A stretch of 32,000 nucleotides of DNA from Burkholderiaceae bacterium (GTDB taxonomy: Bacteria; Pseudomonadota; Gammaproteobacteria; Burkholderiales; Burkholderiaceae_E). Position 1 is the first letter of the stretch. Each line of letters starts with the position of its first letter. The notes below the pieces were generated by a model. It ran no database searches. It was given only the letters and a program-made list of their open reading frames with translations, and was not told the origin of the DNA. Where the stretch lies: the NCBI GenBank assembly GCA_016710525.1, contig JADJVQ010000038.1, positions 13,986-45,985 on the forward strand, given 5' to 3'. Positions 28,725 to 32,000 of this stretch are shown in pieces. The position numbers and the translations under genes are program-made.

Positions 28725-30329
28725 TCACGCGCCGCGACGGGTGTCCGCTTCGCGCTCGCGCAGCTTGAAGCGCTGGATCTTGCCGGTCGCGGTCTTGGGC
28801 AGCTCTGGCACGAATTCGATCAGCCGCGGGTACTTGTAGGGCGCCAGCCGCTCCTTGACGAAGGCCTTGAGTTCGTCGTCATCGGCCGCCGCACCCGGCT
28901 TGAGCACGACGAAGGCCTTGGTGCGGGTCAGGCCATCGGGGTCCGGCACGCCGATCACGGCGGCCTCGAGCACCGCCGGATGCTGCACCAGCGTGGCCTC
29001 GACCTCGAACGGCGAGACGTAGATGCCGCTCACCTTGAGCATGTCGTCGCTGCGCCCGCTGTAGGTGTAGCTGCCGTCGGCATTGCGCACGTATTTGTCG
29101 CCGCTGCGGGTCCATTCGCCCTGGAAGGTCTCGCGCGACTTGACCCGGTTGCCCCAGTACATCACCGCGGCACTGGGGCCCCGGATGTACAGGTCGCCGG
29201 TATCGCCATCGGGCACCGCCCGCCCGTCATCGCCGCGCAGTTCGATGTCGTAGCCGGGCACCGGCCAGCCGGTCGTGCCATACCGCACCCGGCCGGGCTG
29301 GTTCGACAGAAAGATGTGCAGCATTTCGGTGGAGCCGATGCCATCGATGATCTCGACGCCGAAATGCGCGGTGAATCGCTCGCCCAGATCGGCAGGCAGC
29401 GCTTCGCCGGCCGAAGATGCCAGACGCAGTGCCACCCGCGAACGCGCCGGCAGCGCGGGCGAGGCCAGCATGCCCGCGAAGCCGGTGGGCGCGCCAAAAA
29501 AGACGGTCGGGCGATGGTCGATCCAGCGCCGGAACACCGCATCGGGCGTGGCCCGTTCGGCCATCAGCACCACGGTGGCGCCCACGCTGAGCGGGAAGCT
29601 CAGCGAGTTGCCCAGGCCGTAGGCGAAAAACAGCTTCGCCGCCGAGAACAGCACATCGGATTCCTTCAGGCCCAGGACGGGCGTGCCGTACAGCTCGGCG
29701 GTCCAGTACGCATTGGCGTGCGTGTGCAGCGCCCCTTTGGGCCGGCCGGTGGACCCTGACGAATAGAGCCAGAAGCCGGGATCGTCCGGACCGGTGCCGG
29801 CGGGCGCGGGCATCGGCGCCTGCTGCGCCAGCAGCGGGCCCAGCGCGAGCGTGGCCGGCGAGGATGGCGCGCCGGCCGGCTCGCCCGCACCGCCGGACAC
29901 GATCACCGTGCCCACCTCATGGCCGCCCTGCCCCTCGGCCAGCGCCATCGCGGCCTGCAGCATCGGCAGCAGCGAGGCCGACACCAGCGCGGCCTGGGCA
30001 CGGCTGTTGCGCAGCATGTACGCATAGTCGTCGGCGGTCAGCAGCGTATTGACCGCCACCGGCACGATGCCCGCGTACAGGGCGCCCAGGAAACTGACGG
30101 GCCAGTCGATGCCATCGGTCATCAGCAGCAGCACACGCTCCTCGCGGCGCACGCCGCAGGCCCGCAGTGCGGCCGCCATCCGGCGGACCTGGTCGGCCAG
30201 ATCGCCATAACTCAGCTGCCCATGGTCATCGATGAAGGCCGTCTTCGCCGGCCGTTGGGCGTTGCGCTCGATGAGATGCTGCGCAAAGTTGAATCGCTCA
30301 CCGGGTGGCGGCACGTGTCGGTCGGTCAT
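28725..30329 (-). CDS. bclA: Benzoate-CoA ligase
   Basis: FNFAQHLIERNAQRPAKTAFIDDHGQLSYGDLADQVRRMAAAL...FWLYSSGSTGRPKGALHTHANAYWTAELYG...EIIDGIGSTEMLHIFLSNQPG; adjacent and divergent to boxR. Confidence 0.92.
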   Translation of the reverse strand: MTDRHVPPPGERFNFAQHLIERNAQRPAKTAFIDDHGQLSYGDLADQVRRMAAALRACGVRREERVLLLMTDGIDWPVSFLGALYAGIVPVAVNTLLTADDYAYMLRNSRAQAALVSASLLPMLQAAMALAEGQGGHEVGTVIVSGGAGEPAGAPSSPATLALGPLLAQQAPMPAPAGTGPDDPGFWLYSSGSTGRPKGALHTHANAYWTAELYGTPVLGLKESDVLFSAAKLFFAYGLGNSLSFPLSVGATVVLMAERATPDAVFRRWIDHRPTVFFGAPTGFAGMLASPALPARSRVALRLASSAGEALPADLGERFTAHFGVEIIDGIGSTEMLHIFLSNQPGRVRYGTTGWPVPGYDIELRGDDGRAVPDGDTGDLYIRGPSAAVMYWGNRVKSRETFQGEWTRSGDKYVRNADGSYTYSGRSDDMLKVSGIYVSPFEVEATLVQHPAVLEAAVIGVPDPDGLTRTKAFVVLKPGAAADDDELKAFVKERLAPYKYPRLIEFVPELPKTATGKIQRFKLREREADTRRGA

Positions 30330-30404
30330 GCGGGTTGTCTCCTGGTGGCGGTTCAGGTTGACCGCTGTCGATGGGCAGGCTGACGGCTTGCCTTGAAGTG
30401 CAAG

Positions 30405-30420
30405 AGGCATTATTGTGCCT
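30405..30420. promoter_or_regulatory. Candidate operator (inverted repeat AGGCA-N6-TGCCT) at the predicted bclA +1
   Basis: AGGCATTATTGTGCCT read directly, immediately downstream of the bclA -10; a TGCA lies at 30399-30402. Confidence 0.5.
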
Positions 30421-30426
30421 AGAAGC

Positions 30427-30455
30427 AGAATAAAACCTCGAAGACATCATGTCAA
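30427..30455 (-). promoter_or_regulatory. Sigma70-type promoter for bclA
   Basis: Minus strand TTGACA (30455-30450) - 17 bp - TATTCT (30432-30427). Confidence 0.75.
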
Positions 30456-31414
30456 GCACTATAATGCATCCCATCGCGCGAATGCCTCGATCGCCCGCCC
30501 CGGCGCTCGAGGCCGTATCGCCCTCGGCCGCGCAAGCCGGCGCCGAGGAGAAGAATCCCTTCCTGGTCGCGCTGGGCGATCGTGTGCGTGCCCTGCGCGC
30601 TCGCCGCGGCATGACCCGCAAGGCGGTCGCCCAGTCCGCGGAGGTTTCGGAACGCCACCTCGCCAACCTCGAGTACGGCATCGGCAATGCGTCGATCCTG
30701 GTGCTGCTGCAGGTCGCCGGCGCGCTGCATTGTTCGCTGGCGGAGCTGCTGGGCGACGTCACCACCAGTTCCCCCGAATGGCTGCTGATCCGCGAACTGC
30801 TGGGTGATCGCGACGAAGCCACGCTGCACCGGGTGCGGGTTGCCGTGGGCGAGATGCTGGGCACCGGTGGGGACAATGCCGCGCGCAGCCCGCGCGTGGC
30901 GCTGATCGGGCTGCGCGGCGCCGGCAAGTCAACGCTCGGTCAGATGCTGGCCCAGGACCTCGGTTTTCCTTACGTCGAACTGAGCCGCGAGATCGAGAAG
31001 TTTGCCGGCTGCAGCATTGCCGAGATCCAGGCACTGTATGGCGCCAACGCCTATCGCCGCTACGAGCGCCGGGCGCTGGAAGAAACGATCCAGCTCTACC
31101 CGGAGGCCGTGATCGCCACCCCGGGCGGCCTGGTCTCGGATCCGGCCACCTTCAACCTGCTGCTGGCCCATTGCACCACGGTCTGGCTGCAGGCCGACCC
31201 CGAAGACCACATGAAACGGGTCGCGGCTCAAGGCGACATGCGTCCGATGGCCGCCAGTACCGAGGCCATGCAGGACCTCAAGGGCATCCTGGCCGGACGG
31301 GCCGCGTTCTATTCGAAGGCCGACCTGCGCCTGGACACCAGCGCCCAGCCGCTGGCCGCCACTTTCCGGATGCTGCGCGACCAGGTCCGCCAGTCGCTCG
31401 ACCTGCCGATCTGA
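30449..31414 (+). CDS. boxR: BoxR/BzdR-type regulator: XRE HTH domain fused to shikimate kinase-like domain (true start may be ATG 30482)
   Basis: NPFLVALGDRVRALRARRGMTRKAVAQSAEVSERHLANLEYGIGNASILVLLQVAGALHCSLAELLGD plus RVALIGLRGAGKSTLGQMLAQDLGFPYVELSREIEKFAGCSIAEIQALYGANAYRRYERRALEE. Confidence 0.93.
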   Translation: MSSTIMHPIARMPRSPAPALEAVSPSAAQAGAEEKNPFLVALGDRVRALRARRGMTRKAVAQSAEVSERHLANLEYGIGNASILVLLQVAGALHCSLAELLGDVTTSSPEWLLIRELLGDRDEATLHRVRVAVGEMLGTGGDNAARSPRVALIGLRGAGKSTLGQMLAQDLGFPYVELSREIEKFAGCSIAEIQALYGANAYRRYERRALEETIQLYPEAVIATPGGLVSDPATFNLLLAHCTTVWLQADPEDHMKRVAAQGDMRPMAASTEAMQDLKGILAGRAAFYSKADLRLDTSAQPLAATFRMLRDQVRQSLDLPI

Positions 31415-31423
31415 AAATCGTGA

Positions 31424-31465
31424 TGCAACAAAATGCTTGTTGACCTCATTCGAATGCACTATGCT
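31424..31465 (+). promoter_or_regulatory. Candidate boxC promoter/operator region
   Basis: CAACAA-N5-TTGTTG inverted repeat (31426-31442); -35-like TTGTTG (31437-31442), 17-bp spacer, -10-like TATGCT (31460-31465); TGCA at 31424-31427 and 31455-31458. Confidence 0.5.
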
Positions 31466-31518
31466 GCGCCTCCTGACAGCTGCGATGCAGGCGACTGCGT
31501 CTTCATGAGGAGCCCCGA

Positions 31519-32000
31519 GTGACCACCACCCTTCGCGTGAACTACCAGACCGAGCCCGCGCTGTACCGGCACTGGAAGCTCGAGTTCGACGGTCCGATCG
31601 CCACCTTGCGTGCCGACTTCGACGAAAACGCCGGGCTGCGTCCCGGCTACAAGCTCAAGCTCAACAGCTACGACCTGGGCGTGGACATCGAACTGAACGA
31701 CGCGATCAACCGCATCCGCTTCGAGCATCCCGAGGTGCGCACCGTGGTGGTCACCAGCGCCAAGGAGAAGGTGTTCTGTTCGGGCGCCAACATCTTCATG
31801 CTCGGGGTCTCCAGTCATGCCTGGAAGGTCAACTTCTGCAAGTTCACCAACGAGACGCGCAATGGCCTGGAGGACTCCTCGACCCACAGCGGCCTGAAGT
31901 TCCTGGCGGCCGTCAACGGTGCCTGCGCCGGCGGCGGCTACGAACTCGCGCTCGCCTGCGACCAGATCGTGCTGGTGGACGACCGCTCGTCCTCGGTCAG
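31519..32000 (+). CDS. boxC: Benzoyl-CoA-dihydrodiol lyase, N-terminal part (runs off window edge), GTG start
   Basis: MTTTLRVNYQTEPALYRHWKLEFDGPIATLRADFDENAGLRPGYKLKLNSYDLGVDIELNDAINRIRFEHPEVRTVVVTSAKEKVFCSGANIFMLGVSSHAWKVNFCKFTNETRNGLEDSSTHSGLKFLAAVNGACAGGGYELALACDQIVLVDD; AGGAG just upstream. Confidence 0.92.
   Translation, partial: MTTTLRVNYQTEPALYRHWKLEFDGPIATLRADFDENAGLRPGYKLKLNSYDLGVDIELNDAINRIRFEHPEVRTVVVTSAKEKVFCSGANIFMLGVSSHAWKVNFCKFTNETRNGLEDSSTHSGLKFLAAVNGACAGGGYELALACDQIVLVDDRSSSV

Overview
High-GC bacterial chromosome segment, probably betaproteobacterial/Burkholderiales-like by protein content (inference, no search run). It carries acyl-CoA and aromatic catabolism genes: acyl-CoA synthetases, enoyl-CoA hydratase, acyl-CoA dehydrogenase, a CaiB/BaiF CoA-transferase, and the start of a box (aerobic benzoyl-CoA) locus with bclA divergent from boxR-boxC. 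It also carries a two-gene bacteriochlorophyll unit, bchE-bchJ, with a perfect TGT-N12-ACA (CrtJ/PpsR-type) site upstream and no other photosynthesis genes nearby. The strongest non-coding signal is a well-conserved c-di-GMP-I (GEMM-I) riboswitch on the minus strand in the 5' leader of a secreted subtilisin-like S8 protease. Its expression platform looks terminator-like. Decay or sequence-quality signals are a degenerate, 5'-truncated aspA abutting a 91-bp tract with no A or T, a one-base frameshift in the CoA-transferase, and an internally deleted Bug/TctC gene of 97 aa. Several very long antisense ORFs in the supplied track are high-GC shadow ORFs. No CRISPR array, rRNA, convincing tRNA or transposase was recognised.
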